Shown here: positions 19,345 through 29,532 of the stretch, piece by piece | How the letters are laid out: every line of letters starts with the position of its first letter | Numbering within the stretch: position 1 is the stretch's first letter | Origin: Methylobacterium sp. | GTDB taxonomy: Bacteria > Pseudomonadota > Alphaproteobacteria > Rhizobiales > Beijerinckiaceae | DNA length: 64,000 nucleotides | Reading direction: 5' to 3' | NCBI GenBank assembly: GCA_044227265.1 | Contig: JBGAFL010000004.1 | Span: 28,368 to 92,367, forward strand | Translations under genes and position numbers: made by a program | The notes under the pieces: generated by a model | Seen by the model: only the letters and a program-made list of their open reading frames with translations | What the model was told of the DNA's origin: nothing | Databases searched by the model: none

Positions 19345-19790
19345 TTTCGGTCATCCAGGGCATCGGTCGTTGCCGCTTCGGTCGATCGAGAACTCGATTT
19401 CTTCAAGAGGCCAGCCTGCGGCGGGCGCGGTGCGGCCGGCCATGACGTGCCGGCTCGGGAAACAGGACCGGCCACGAGGAGAAGCGCGGCGCGGCGCTCT
19501 CCGCTCGCAAGCAGAGCATGACACTACAACGAGAAAGATTATGTCCGGCAGTCATTCGAGCAAGAGCTGTTATTTCGAAGGTCGATGTTCGCGCCACATC
19601 GAAGCATGGCGAAATAATGCTGTCGGACTGATTGACCATAGGATGAGGGCCTCGCGGCCCGATTCCATCCAGACGGATCGCTCTGAGGCCCGCCGTCAGC
19701 CCGCGAAGGCTTACGAGGAATTGGTCGGCCACGCAAAACGAGAGGGCCGCGAACGGCGATGGCCGGCCGTCGTCGTGATTGAGCGAGAGC

Positions 19791-20663
19791 TCAGGCTTGA
19801 AGGGTTGGCTCGCGATGCAGCCGGGTTTTCAAGTCGAACACGTCGACTGGGCAGGCATCGATGCAGCTGCCGCAATTCACGCAATCGCCGGACAGGATCA
19901 GAGTCGTTCCCTTCCCCTTCAGGGCGGGGACGATAACATGCGGCTCGGTGCAGACATTGAAGCAGGCGCCGCAATTGGTGCAGTCATGCCGCCGCGTTGC
20001 CGCGACGCGGGTCAAGCTGGCCTTGCCGATGATGCCGTAGAAGGCACCGACCGGGCAGAGATGGCTGCACCAGCCGCGCCGCGTCACCAGCAAGTCGAGC
20101 AGAAACACAGCGAGAATGACCGCCCAGCCCGCTCCGAGGCCGAAGATCAGGCCGCGCTGCAGGATGCTGACCGGATTCACGAACTCCCAAGCGACCGTTC
20201 CGGTGGCGAACGAGGCGAGGAAGGCGCCGCCAAGCACCCACCATCGAGTCCGGCGATCGAGCATGCGGTCACGTGTGATGCCGAGCTTGCCCCTCAGCCA
20301 ATAAGCCGTGTCCGTGACGATATTGACCGGACAGATCCAGCCACAATAGGCACGCCCGCCGACAGCCAAGTAGAACAAGGTGATCAGGCCGGCGCCGAGC
20401 ACGGCGACTGAGGCCGGTGCGAAACCCGCGGCAACCGATTGAAGGAAGACGAAAGGGTCGGCGAAGGGCACGGTGCCCAGCAACTCGCTCGAGGCGAAAT
20501 TGCCGCGCATGATCCAAAGCCCGAACAGCGGGCCGGACATGAACGCGGCCAAGGCCGTGAGCTGCGAAGCACGCCGCAGCAGCCACCATTTGTGCGCGCG
20601 CAACCAGCCCTTCGCGGCAACCGCTTCGAGACGTGCATCGGCGGTCAGCGCGGAGATGATCAT
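19791..20663 (-). CDS. mauN: MauN, membrane polyferredoxin (NapH family)
   Basis: CGWICPVN, WCSHLCPVG and two CxxCxxCxxxC(P) clusters. The ATG overlaps the mauM stop codon. Confidence 0.9.
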   Translation of the reverse strand: MIISALTADARLEAVAAKGWLRAHKWWLLRRASQLTALAAFMSGPLFGLWIMRGNFASSELLGTVPFADPFVFLQSVAAGFAPASVAVLGAGLITLFYLAVGGRAYCGWICPVNIVTDTAYWLRGKLGITRDRMLDRRTRWWVLGGAFLASFATGTVAWEFVNPVSILQRGLIFGLGAGWAVILAVFLLDLLVTRRGWCSHLCPVGAFYGIIGKASLTRVAATRRHDCTNCGACFNVCTEPHVIVPALKGKGTTLILSGDCVNCGSCIDACPVDVFDLKTRLHREPTLQA

Positions 20664-21322
20664 GCCAGCCTCCCGGCCGGATTGCGACCGTGACCGCCAA
20701 GCCCGAGTTCGCGCGGGAGCACCCGGATCGACGCTTGATCGGTGACACAGTGCTTCTCGCAGGTTCCGCAGCCGGTACAGTGTTCCGAATGGACGACCGG
20801 GATCACCATCCGGCGCCCCTTGATCGTCTGGATTTCGAGCGTGATGGCTTCGTCGCGGATCGGGCAAACCCGGTGACAGATGCTGCAGGTCATGCCCTTG
20901 TAGTTCAGGCAGGTCTCGTGGCCGACGAGGACGGCGACGCCCATATCGGCGTCGCGAATGCTGGGAATGTCGCGATCGAGCGCGCCGGTCGGGCAGGCCT
21001 TCGCACAGGGGACATCGACACACATGTAACAGGGGGTTTCGCGCGCGACGAAGAAGGGCGTGCCGAGCGGAGCGTCCTCCGCAAGCGTCGCGAGTCGGAG
21101 CGTGTCGAAGGGACATGCCCGTACGCAAAGCCCGCAGCGCACGCAGGCCGACAAAAACGCGTCCTCCGGCAACGCACCCGGTGGACGCAATGCCTTCGCT
21201 TCTGCCTTTCGCGTCGAATCCACGTAGGCGGTGAGCGACAACCCTGCGAGACAGGCAACGCCGCCTGCCTTGGTGGCGTTGGCGAGAACCTCGCGGCGCG
21301 TAGGTTTCTTCGCATGTGCCAT
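20660..21322 (-). CDS. mauM: MauM, periplasmic 4Fe-4S ferredoxin (MauM/NapG family)
   Basis: Tat motif TRREVL, LRPPGA, CVRCGLCVRACP and further Cys clusters. Confidence 0.92.
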   Translation of the reverse strand: MAHAKKPTRREVLANATKAGGVACLAGLSLTAYVDSTRKAEAKALRPPGALPEDAFLSACVRCGLCVRACPFDTLRLATLAEDAPLGTPFFVARETPCYMCVDVPCAKACPTGALDRDIPSIRDADMGVAVLVGHETCLNYKGMTCSICHRVCPIRDEAITLEIQTIKGRRMVIPVVHSEHCTGCGTCEKHCVTDQASIRVLPRELGLGGHGRNPAGRLA

Positions 21323-21347
21323 GAGGACGTTTCCCTCTTTTCCCCTC

Positions 21348-21716
21348 CTAATTCAGTTTCTTCTCAATCACATCGAACTCCATGTGAATGATCGGGTGAA
21401 TCCAGCAGCGGACTATAACATGACCTGCCTTCTTCATCACGGTGGATTTTTGAGTGCCGGGGGGTTGGGTATTGAGCGTTTCGACCGTTCCATCTTCGAA
21501 AGTAAGGTAGAGATTGTGAGCGATGTCAGCATGGTTCGAGAAGACCACGGTGTCACCGACCGCAGGCTCGGCGCCCGTCTCATGCGCCTCGAGATGCTCG
21601 ATCACGATCTCGACCGTTGCGGCACGTGCCAGCGGCACTGGGGCGATGGCGAGTGCAAGCATGGCAAAAGCAGTGCCTAGAGCGAACGAACGGCCCATTC
21701 GAAGATCCATCCTCAT
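21348..21716 (-). CDS. mauL: Small exported cupredoxin-fold protein at the mauL position
   Basis: Signal peptide, GDTVVFSN, AHN and CWIHPIIHM; located between mauG and mauM. Confidence 0.65.
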   Translation of the reverse strand: MRMDLRMGRSFALGTAFAMLALAIAPVPLARAATVEIVIEHLEAHETGAEPAVGDTVVFSNHADIAHNLYLTFEDGTVETLNTQPPGTQKSTVMKKAGHVIVRCWIHPIIHMEFDVIEKKLN

Positions 21717-22795
21717 GGCAGCACCGGCAGCGAGACCGGCATCGGCTCGGCGGCGAGCGTTTCCAGGAAGGCAACGAGGTCTCGGCGCTCACGTTCGCTG
21801 AGTTCGACAGACTTCATCTCGAAGGACAGGCTCGGCCGCTTCTCACCGCCCTTCGCGTAATGCTCGATCACCGCATCGATCGTGTGCAACTGGCCGTCAT
21901 GCATGTACGGACCTTGCAGCCGCAGATCCCGAAGCGACGGCGTCTTGAAGGCGTTCTGCATGGCGACGACGCTTGGCGGCGCGAACTTGCCGCGGCCAAG
22001 ATCTTCGCTCGCTTTCAATCCGATGTCGTGAAAGCTGTCGTCGCTGAAGCGCCAGGAGGAGTGGCAGGCCGAGCAGTGCGCCTTGCCGGTGAACAGCGCG
22101 AAGCCGCGCTTTGCCTCGGAGCCGATCGCCGAATCCTCGCCCTCAACCCATCGGTCGAACGGCGACTTTCCCGAGACGAGCGTGCGCTGAAAGGTCGCGA
22201 GCGCTGCGGTGACGTTCTTCTGGTTGATCGGATCCTCACCGCCGAAGGCCGCCTGGAAAAGCGGCGCATAGCCCGGAACGGCTTTTAGTCTCTCGACGAC
22301 GAGATCCATCGTCATATTCATCTCGTCCGGCGCAGTGATCGGCATTTTCGCTTGCGCCTCCAGTGAGGGCGCGCGCCCGTCCCACTGGAACGCCGCGCCC
22401 CAAGCCATGTTGCGCACGTGCGGGGTCCTCCGCGCCAGCGGCGCCATGCCGAACCCGACCGCCTTGGCCAATCCGTCCGACCAGCCGAAGCTCGGGTTGT
22501 GGCAGGTGCCGCAGGACATGCTGCCGGAGCGCGACAGCCGCGGATCGAAGAACAGGGCCTTCCCGAGTTGCTCTTTCTCCAGCGAATGCGGATTCGATCT
22601 AGGAAAAGGAATGCCCTCTGGTCGGCGGAATTTCTGCTTCAGCCCCGCGAGATCGGCGGCCGAAAGCCCCTCGATCGCATTGTTATCATTGGTCGCGTCG
22701 CCGGGGCCGATCACGACCCCATAGGAGAGGCAGCCGACGGCAACGAACCAAGCGATGAGAGTACGTGTCCCGAGAATGGGTTCCAACATTTTCAC
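21713..22795 (-). CDS. mauG: MauG, di-heme TTQ biosynthesis enzyme
   Basis: LGKALFFDPRLS, two CxxCH motifs (CGTCH, CSACH), QWDGRA and FKTPSLR; located in the mau operon. Confidence 0.93.
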   Translation of the reverse strand: MKMLEPILGTRTLIAWFVAVGCLSYGVVIGPGDATNDNNAIEGLSAADLAGLKQKFRRPEGIPFPRSNPHSLEKEQLGKALFFDPRLSRSGSMSCGTCHNPSFGWSDGLAKAVGFGMAPLARRTPHVRNMAWGAAFQWDGRAPSLEAQAKMPITAPDEMNMTMDLVVERLKAVPGYAPLFQAAFGGEDPINQKNVTAALATFQRTLVSGKSPFDRWVEGEDSAIGSEAKRGFALFTGKAHCSACHSSWRFSDDSFHDIGLKASEDLGRGKFAPPSVVAMQNAFKTPSLRDLRLQGPYMHDGQLHTIDAVIEHYAKGGEKRPSLSFEMKSVELSERERRDLVAFLETLAAEPMPVSLPVLP

Positions 22796-22821
22796 CTTGT
22801 CGGTCGAAAGAGCGCTCTCCC

Positions 22822-23712
22822 TCAGGAAGCGACCGCCATGTCCGCAGCTTGCCGGTCGGCGATCTCGAGCAGCAGCACTTCGCGCGCAGCGTAATCGGCA
22901 AGGCTCGCCATCGGCGCGAGCCGCGCCGACGCGTTCGTCTCGCCGGCATCGACCGAGTGGAATCCGGGGGCTTCGAGCTCCCGCAACGTTTCGTTCCGCA
23001 CCTTTTCGAGTGTTTCGATGAGGACTGCGAACGGTTGATTTTCAAGTTCCCGCGCAGAGGTCAGCGCCCCGCTATGGACAAGCATGTCCAGGCGCACCGT
23101 CCGCATCGCCTGGTGCGGGCCACGCGAGAACGGCGGGCTGCCCTCGCGCCAGAGCTTCAGCACCGCGAAGGCGTTCAGCAGCCGCCAAGCCGAATCTGAG
23201 GCGTTGCGGGCACGCTGGTAGAGCCGGAACACGGGCTTCATGTCGTCGGGGACGAACGCCACCGTCTCGAGGTCGAGATCGAGCGCACTCGGCCGGAACG
23301 GCAGGCAGCGCCAGCGCGCATCGTTTGCCGGATCGGCGAGGCGCCAACCTGCGATCGCCATGCCGCGGCCGAGTTGCAGCGTCCAACGGGCGAGACGGTC
23401 ATCGAGGTCACGTCGGCTGGCAGCCAAAGCCGCGAACGGATCGCGACACGTGAGCCGATAGATGATCTCGTTGAGCTTGCCGGCCTCATTGCCGTAGAAG
23501 GCGATGATGGCCGGCATGCCCTCGATCGTCTCGTTCAGGACATCACCCAACGCATTGGCGCGGATGTCGATTTCCCAGGCCAGCGTAATCGGATTCCTCA
23601 CAAAGAAGCCGACCATGACGTTGCGCTCGGATCGATCGGCCTTCGATGCCTCGATGGACGATGCCGGCGTCTCGGCCTTGATCGACTCCCTCAAATCATA
23701 TGGAATCCACAT
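22822..23712 (-). CDS. mauJ: Methylamine utilization protein MauJ
   Basis: MWIPYDLR N-terminus recalled for MauJ; located between amicyanin and mauG. Confidence 0.82.
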   Translation of the reverse strand: MWIPYDLRESIKAETPASSIEASKADRSERNVMVGFFVRNPITLAWEIDIRANALGDVLNETIEGMPAIIAFYGNEAGKLNEIIYRLTCRDPFAALAASRRDLDDRLARWTLQLGRGMAIAGWRLADPANDARWRCLPFRPSALDLDLETVAFVPDDMKPVFRLYQRARNASDSAWRLLNAFAVLKLWREGSPPFSRGPHQAMRTVRLDMLVHSGALTSARELENQPFAVLIETLEKVRNETLRELEAPGFHSVDAGETNASARLAPMASLADYAAREVLLLEIADRQAADMAVAS

Positions 23713-23737
23713 CGGTTTGACCTCGGTCTCGTGACGG

Positions 23738-24094
23738 CTATTCCACCGTGACCTTGCCCTTCATGAAGGGGTGCGGGGTGCAGACGTAATTGTAGGTTCC
23801 GGGTGTGTTGAACTTGACGGAATAGGTCTCGTTGGAGCGCAACATCGGACCTTCGACGTCCTTCTCGAGCCCAGCACCGGCCTTGAAATGCACGTTGTGC
23901 GGCAAGGGCTCGGTGTTGATCCAGGTCACGGTCGAGCCGCTCTTCACGGTCACGTCCGGTGTCTGGAACTTCATCTTGGCGATTTTGATCTCGGTGCCTC
24001 CGGACGCGCCGGTCACGACCTCGATCGCGTCGGCGGCCAATACGGGCCCGAGGGGGGCGACGACGAGCGCCGCCGCGAGCAGGATGGAACGCAT
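23738..24094 (-). CDS. mauC: Amicyanin (type-1 blue copper electron acceptor of MADH)
   Basis: Signal peptide, PHNVHF and YVCTPHPFM (His, Cys, His, Met ligands). Confidence 0.95.
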   Translation of the reverse strand: MRSILLAAALVVAPLGPVLAADAIEVVTGASGGTEIKIAKMKFQTPDVTVKSGSTVTWINTEPLPHNVHFKAGAGLEKDVEGPMLRSNETYSVKFNTPGTYNYVCTPHPFMKGKVTVE

Positions 24095-24195
24095 GAGAGA
24101 TTCTCCGAGTAAGGGCGCGCGAGCCGGCGATCAGGCGAAAGGCTGGTATTCCGTCCGCGACTTGACTGACGGGATACGTCTCACGTGTTCTTCGG

Positions 24196-24225
24196 CGTCA
24201 TGGCCGGGACAGCCCGGCCATGACG
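24196..24225. terminator. Perfect 13-bp-stem hairpin between mauA and mauC
   Basis: CGTCATGGCCGGG-ACAG-CCCGGCCATGACG. Confidence 0.6.
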
Positions 24226-24260
24226 GTGGAAGCCGACGCGACACTTGGTGGCTGACGGAG

Positions 24261-24818
24261 CTAGGCCTTCCCTATGATCGGGGAGATCGTGCAGTGATAG
24301 GTCATGGCGTCGTCTTCGGCGCCGAAGCACCAGATGACGTCATTGCCGAATTCGGGACGGTAGACCGGCAGCTCACCTTCCGTGTTCAGGCAGCCGCAGC
24401 GGTTCGACATGTTCCGGCCGCAGCAATCCCGGTACGAGATCAGATAGCTCTGCTTGTCGGTCGGGTTGTAGCAGCTCGCGACCCAAGAGCTCGAGGCGAG
24501 CTTGGTGCCGGGCGGGCAATTGGTGAGTGAGCCGCCTGCGCAATCGCAGATGTTGCCGTCGATCGAGCAGTGCCGCCAGTAATCGCAGGCCTGGATGTCG
24601 TTGTCCTGCGGGGCCCACTTGGCACGTGGATCGCCGGCGGCCGAGGCGGCATTGGCGCGGCTGACGCGGCCACGCCGGTCGACCGGCAGGAGCGGCACCA
24701 GGGCCACGCCCGCTACCGCGGTACCCACGCGGCCTATGAAGCCGCGGCGGCTGGTATGTCCTGCCACCTTGCGTGACAGCTTTTCGAACATCTCGTCGAA
24801 ATGGGATTTGCCGAGCAT
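24261..24818 (-). CDS. mauA: Methylamine dehydrogenase light (TTQ) chain
   Basis: Tat leader SRRGFIG, CDYWRHCSIDG, YRDCCG and NDVIWCFG (both TTQ Trp residues present). Confidence 0.98.
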   Translation of the reverse strand: MLGKSHFDEMFEKLSRKVAGHTSRRGFIGRVGTAVAGVALVPLLPVDRRGRVSRANAASAAGDPRAKWAPQDNDIQACDYWRHCSIDGNICDCAGGSLTNCPPGTKLASSSWVASCYNPTDKQSYLISYRDCCGRNMSNRCGCLNTEGELPVYRPEFGNDVIWCFGAEDDAMTYHCTISPIIGKA

Positions 24819-24876
24819 CTTATACCCCATCGTTTATTGGGTTGCGTGAGTGTGGAGGGACCTGGCGGCGCCGCTT

Positions 24877-25494
24877 TCAGGCGGCGATTGCGCCCTGGTC
24901 CTTTTTCCGGCTGGTCATGAACTGCTGGATGGAGGCGAAGCCGCTCTTGTCCGCCTCGAGGAGGCTTTCGAGATGCTCGCGGGTATTGGTCAGGCCCTTG
25001 GAACGGATCACCCCGTCCGAATCCAGGAAGACGCCGTAGGGGATCTTGCCGACCTGGAATTTCATGCCGACCTCGGCCGAGACGACGTAGCGGATGTCGC
25101 CGAGTTCGTGTTTGGCGAGGAAGCGCTCGTGCTCGTCGGGCTGGCCGTCGCTGATCATCACGACCGAGACCTTCTCGGCTTTGGAGATCGACTTGATCAG
25201 CGGAAACAGCTTGTCGCAGACCGGGCAGCTCGGTGCCGTGAACATCAGCAGCGTTGCCCGTTTCTGGGGATTCGGCCCGCCGATGCGCAGGTTCGCCCCG
25301 AAATGATCGGGAATGTCGAAGCTCGGGGCGAGATCGCCGATCTCCGGCCCGTGATCGGTGATCATCGCGCCCATCGGCGAGGAACGCTCGTGCAGCAGGC
25401 CGACCTGACGAAGGACACCGAGCATGACGACGGTGACGCCGATCAGGGCCAACCAGAGCAATACGTTGGATGCAATGAGGAATTGCGTCGCCAT
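24877..25494 (-). CDS. mauD: MauD, thioredoxin-like MADH accessory protein
   Basis: N-terminal TM, LLHERSSPMGAM, CPVC and VGKIPY; 205 aa. Confidence 0.95.
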   Translation of the reverse strand: MATQFLIASNVLLWLALIGVTVVMLGVLRQVGLLHERSSPMGAMITDHGPEIGDLAPSFDIPDHFGANLRIGGPNPQKRATLLMFTAPSCPVCDKLFPLIKSISKAEKVSVVMISDGQPDEHERFLAKHELGDIRYVVSAEVGMKFQVGKIPYGVFLDSDGVIRSKGLTNTREHLESLLEADKSGFASIQQFMTSRKKDQGAIAA

Positions 25495-25499
25495 CGGCG

Positions 25500-26084
25500 T
25501 CATCCTTTCGAATACTGGGCCTGGTTGGAACGAACGGCGTTCTGCAGACCCGTGAGCAGTGACGCGCTGACGTAAAGGAGCATCGCGAGAGCGGCCGCCG
25601 CGACGCCAAGTCCGAACTCGAGCGGTTCCGCCGCACGGGCCATCGGAGCCGCCCAGGCGGCACCGAGAGCGAAGAGGGCGAGCGCCGCATTGCGAGCCAC
25701 AAGCAGCCAGCTCAGCGGCTGCTTCATGCCGTTGCGCAGGCAGCCGCAATCGATCGCCGTCCGACCACGCCAGACATTGACGCCGATCGCGATCCCGAAA
25801 ACGGCCAGCAATCCGGCTGCCGCGAGCGCGGCATGGGGTGCGAGCATCGGGATCAGGAGCCCTGCGGCCACCGCGAGTTCCACGAAGGGAAGCGCGGCGG
25901 CGATGGGAGCCGCCAGCCACTCCGGCGTCAGCCGGAAGTTCCGGACGACGCCGAAGAACTCTTCCCGGTGCATGAGCTTCGAGACCGCGGCGGTCGCGAA
26001 GAGCAGCGCCAGGAACGACCTGAGAAAGGTCGAGACGAGCGGTTCGGCCAGGATCGACTCAGCCAGATACGACATGGCGATCAC
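25500..26084 (-). CDS. mauE: MauE membrane protein
   Basis: Hydrophobic protein with AIDCGC and ARNAAL; lies between mauB and mauD. Confidence 0.93.
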   Translation of the reverse strand: MIAMSYLAESILAEPLVSTFLRSFLALLFATAAVSKLMHREEFFGVVRNFRLTPEWLAAPIAAALPFVELAVAAGLLIPMLAPHAALAAAGLLAVFGIAIGVNVWRGRTAIDCGCLRNGMKQPLSWLLVARNAALALFALGAAWAAPMARAAEPLEFGLGVAAAALAMLLYVSASLLTGLQNAVRSNQAQYSKG

Positions 26085-27313
26085 ATGTCCGAGGTAGTGA
26101 TGACCTGCGGGCCACGACCGAGCTGATCGACCGAGCCGGTCTCCTTGCCGGATTCCGGATCGAAGATGTGCAGCGTGCGCGTGCCGGTCGAGAGCGCGTA
26201 GAGCTGGGGCTTGGCATCCTGGCTGACGCCGACCGAGTCGATCTCATGCTTGAGCTCGAGCTTCTGCAGGCGCTTGCCGGTCTTGGCGTCGATCACCAAG
26301 GCGAAGCGGCTGGGCGTCTTGTGCTTCGATGTCGCGCGCTGGTCGACAAGCAGGTAGATGCGATCGCTGTCGCGATGATAGGCGACCTGCTGCCAACCGC
26401 CCGGCGCCCAGCCGTCCTTCTTCTCCTCATCAGTGAGAGCTTCGATCGCAGGGAGGAACTTGGCATCCGCCCCCGAGAGATCAATCTGGAAGATCTTGCC
26501 GGTATAGGTCGGCCAAACCAGGCGCTTATTCTTGGTCGAATAGGCCGGATGGTTGATGACGTACTCGTTCTCCTTATGGAAAACCTCGGTCTTCTTGATC
26601 TCGTCCTTGCCGCCAGCGCCCATGGTGACCTTGGCCAGGCTGCCGTCTCGGCAATGCATGTAGAAGGTTTGGTCGGACGCCGGGAAGATGTGATAGCAAT
26701 CTGGTGCCTTGATCATGCGGTCGAACTTCTTGCCGGCGAGGTCGACGACGCCGACCGCTGGCGAAGGCGAGAATTGGTAGAACAACAGCGTCTTGTTGTT
26801 CGGGGTAAGCGCCGTCATCCACGGATAGGTGCCGACTAGGAAGCGCGGGTTGTTGGGGAGCGCGATATCGGCGGTCGGCTCGGTGGTGATCGGATCGAAG
26901 ACCTCGACATAGTCGGTGCGCTTGCCGCGGGAGACCCTATCCCAGACCGTGCTCGCCTGAGCGAAGAACGAGCCGTCACTTGCGACCACCGGGTTGGTCA
27001 TGAAGCCGCCATCGACCATGCTGATCACGCGGGCCTTGTCGCCGTCGAGGACGTATTGCTGCGAGACCGAGGCGAAATGCGCAGGATCGTAAACGTAGAC
27101 GCGGCGGGCGTTGGGAGCGGGCGCCTTGAGGACGACGGGATCATCCTCCTTGCCCGCGGCCAGGTTGTCCGCTGCCTCCTTGGCGGCAGCCGCGCCTTGT
27201 TGCGCAATCGCGGCGGGAACATTCGCGAAAAGGGCCACCAAAGCAGCCGCTCCGATTAGAGAGGAGCCGTAGCGGAGCGCTTGGCGGACATGGCTTCGGT
27301 CGTGCATCATCAT
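26081..27313 (-). CDS. mauB: Methylamine dehydrogenase heavy chain
   Basis: Signal peptide, [36 protein letters not shown] and WAPGGWQQ (beta-propeller). Confidence 0.97.
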   Translation of the reverse strand: MMMHDRSHVRQALRYGSSLIGAAALVALFANVPAAIAQQGAAAAKEAADNLAAGKEDDPVVLKAPAPNARRVYVYDPAHFASVSQQYVLDGDKARVISMVDGGFMTNPVVASDGSFFAQASTVWDRVSRGKRTDYVEVFDPITTEPTADIALPNNPRFLVGTYPWMTALTPNNKTLLFYQFSPSPAVGVVDLAGKKFDRMIKAPDCYHIFPASDQTFYMHCRDGSLAKVTMGAGGKDEIKKTEVFHKENEYVINHPAYSTKNKRLVWPTYTGKIFQIDLSGADAKFLPAIEALTDEEKKDGWAPGGWQQVAYHRDSDRIYLLVDQRATSKHKTPSRFALVIDAKTGKRLQKLELKHEIDSVGVSQDAKPQLYALSTGTRTLHIFDPESGKETGSVDQLGRGPQVITTSDM

Positions 27314-27377
27314 TTCCTCCTCGAGGCGGCGGAATTCAGCGGATAACGAAGGGTGAAGGTGAAGCTGGGCTGACGGC

Positions 27378-28235
27378 CTAGAATGCCGCCAGCACGAGCA
27401 GAGCTGTGCCTGCTGCGACCAGCAAGGCCCCGTCGACGGTGGCGGCGCTCTCCTGCCGGCGGGCGAGCCAATCCTGGACGTCGATGTCGCTGACCGGCAG
27501 GTAGTTCACGAGCATCGGCAAGAAGCGGCCGGCATTGAAGGCGAGGAACAAAGCGATGGCGAACCCGACATGCCCACTCAAGGCTGCCGCGCCCGTCACC
27601 AGATAGAGGATCGGAGTCTGAACGTAGGTCAGATAGTTGAGTCCGAGCGAGAACCCGTAGAGGCCGCCGATCATCCACACGGGGAAGCGCTGACGTGCAT
27701 CATGCGGCACCTGGGCACGACGCTGCGGATAGGGCACGCGTACGAAGCCGAGCTGGTGCGCGCCGTAGACCACACCGATCAGTCCGAGGACGAGTAACGC
27801 TCCGACCGACAGTCCGGAGAGCCCGACGAGCGATCCAGCGAGCCCGAGTATCCCACCCAGGGTCAGCGCGCCGGCGAGATAGCCGACGCCATGGAGCAGC
27901 AGAGCCGGCGTATAGCCAACTACGGACCGCCATGAATAATGACCGACCGGGCGCAACAGGCACAGGCTGGAATAGCCGCAGGGCGACCAGGTCGACAGCA
28001 AGCCACCGGCGAAACCGAGGCCGAGCAGCAGGGAAGGCACGATGTCGGCCCGTCCGACATGGCTCAAGGCCAGAGACGCTCCCGCAGCGCCGGTCACGGC
28101 TGCGGTGACAACAACACCGATGCGAACCGCGCGCGACGTCTCCTGCGGAAAGGTGACGCAATCCGCAACTCCCTCACCCATTCCTTGAGCGAGCGACACG
28201 ACTTCTCGTTCGCTGGACGGCGCCAACGTGGCCAT
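27378..28235 (-). CDS. mauF: MauF membrane protein
   Basis: [26 protein letters not shown] and [11 protein letters not shown]; first gene of the cluster. Confidence 0.93.
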   Translation of the reverse strand: MATLAPSSEREVVSLAQGMGEGVADCVTFPQETSRAVRIGVVVTAAVTGAAGASLALSHVGRADIVPSLLLGLGFAGGLLSTWSPCGYSSLCLLRPVGHYSWRSVVGYTPALLLHGVGYLAGALTLGGILGLAGSLVGLSGLSVGALLVLGLIGVVYGAHQLGFVRVPYPQRRAQVPHDARQRFPVWMIGGLYGFSLGLNYLTYVQTPILYLVTGAAALSGHVGFAIALFLAFNAGRFLPMLVNYLPVSDIDVQDWLARRQESAATVDGALLVAAGTALLVLAAF

Positions 28236-28602
28236 GCCCTTCCTCCCATTTTTTTTCGAGCCTGCGGCGCCAGCGTCGGCGGCGCAGTTCGAATCCGTCT
28301 TGCCGTTTCCCTAAAGGAACATATTTTTCGTTTCAAGAGGATTATTGCGGCAGCGTCAGGCAACATGCGTACAAAATAGGCAGACATTGCGCGCCAGTGC
28401 AGCACATGAGACCGGCAATCCCTTCGACAGATCGCTGCTCTGACGATGCGTTTCGGGATTTTGCAGATGCCAGAATCGTGCTTGTGGATCGCTTGACGGC
28501 GCCGCGTACCGGTCGAGCCGCGCGATCTCCAGCCTGCGTGAGATTCGCCCGACCAGAGCACCGATCATCTCGGATCGATGGCCACGTTCTGGCGGACAAC
28601 AC

Positions 28603-28881
28603 ATGATTTGGGCGACAAGGAACGTTCATCGAGACGATCTGCGCTCGATCAAGCTTCTGTTTCGCGAGCAAGTCGAAGCGTTAGATCCCGGGCGGCAAAT
28701 GCTTCTCGTCGGCATCCATGCAGACTGGCAGATCACTCAGGCCTGGGTTGGCGTGGTCGAATACGACTTGCTGACACCCTATATCGGCTTCACGCACTGC
28801 ACCCGCAACAAGCTGCCAACTGCGCCGATCTTGATTGCTGGAAATCTGAAACGTTTTGGCGAAGTCTTCCACACTCGCTGA
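28603..28881 (+). CDS. Hypothetical protein divergent from mauF
   Basis: 92-aa ORF with normal globular composition (MIWATRNVHRDDLRSIKLLFREQ...); no recognised motif. Confidence 0.45.
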   Translation: MIWATRNVHRDDLRSIKLLFREQVEALDPGRQMLLVGIHADWQITQAWVGVVEYDLLTPYIGFTHCTRNKLPTAPILIAGNLKRFGEVFHTR

Positions 28882-28917
28882 TAAGCAAGCTTCAACGCTT
28901 TCGCGCGTTTTAATATT

Positions 28918-29532
28918 CTATCTTTGATAGACAATGATTGAAAGATAAGTCATCGGTGTCTTGATGAGATTGGCAGGTCCGTGAAGCGCGGACGAATCAA
29001 ACATCAGCGAGTCGCCTGGCGCAAGATGATAATAATTTCCTGCATGCGCATAGATCAGTTCGCCCGTCAGCATATAGATGAACTCGACACCGGTGTGTCG
29101 AAAACTCGTGTATGGCTCGGCTCCGACTTCAAGTTTGATCAGATACGGCTCGACGACGATTTCGCCGCGGATGCCCGCGCCGAGCAACTGGTAAATGTGT
29201 CCCGCTTTGGTGCCACGGCGTTCGATCACCACGCCCTGGTCTTTCTTCACATGAGAGCAGTCACGTCGCTCTTCGAATGTTGCGAATAGAGACGAAATTG
29301 GAACATGCAACGCGTTCGCAATTGCATTCAGGGTCGCGAGCGAGGGCGAAATGGCACCATTTTCGATCTTCGATATCATTCCAGACGAAATGCCGGCAGC
29401 AAGACCAAGATCTGATATCGACAGATCGTGCTCGCGCCTTAAATTTCTGACTTGATGACCAATGGCTTGCTCAAGAGAACGCTGCTCCACAACCGGAGCA
29501 TTGGATGCAGTATTCAGCATGTGACTTTGCAA
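28918..29532 (-). CDS. XRE-family HTH + cupin transcriptional regulator
   Basis: IGHQVRNLRR..ISSGMISKIENGAISPSL, IERRGTKAGH, FRHTGVEFIYML and GDSLMFD...HGP. Confidence 0.92.
   Translation of the reverse strand: MQSHMLNTASNAPVVEQRSLEQAIGHQVRNLRREHDLSISDLGLAAGISSGMISKIENGAISPSLATLNAIANALHVPISSLFATFEERRDCSHVKKDQGVVIERRGTKAGHIYQLLGAGIRGEIVVEPYLIKLEVGAEPYTSFRHTGVEFIYMLTGELIYAHAGNYYHLAPGDSLMFDSSALHGPANLIKTPMTYLSIIVYQR

Noticed and set aside
19370-19790. ORFs in the mauN-gmaS gap (e.g. 19403-19732)
   Set aside because: No recognisable motif or RBS and overlapping alternative frames; treated as intergenic or regulatory.
19791-21322. napGH of a periplasmic nitrate reductase
   Set aside because: No napA or napB is present, and the position at the end of the mau operon identifies them as mauM and mauN.
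21713-22795. Generic cytochrome c peroxidase
   Set aside because: The operon context with mauA/mauB indicates MauG.
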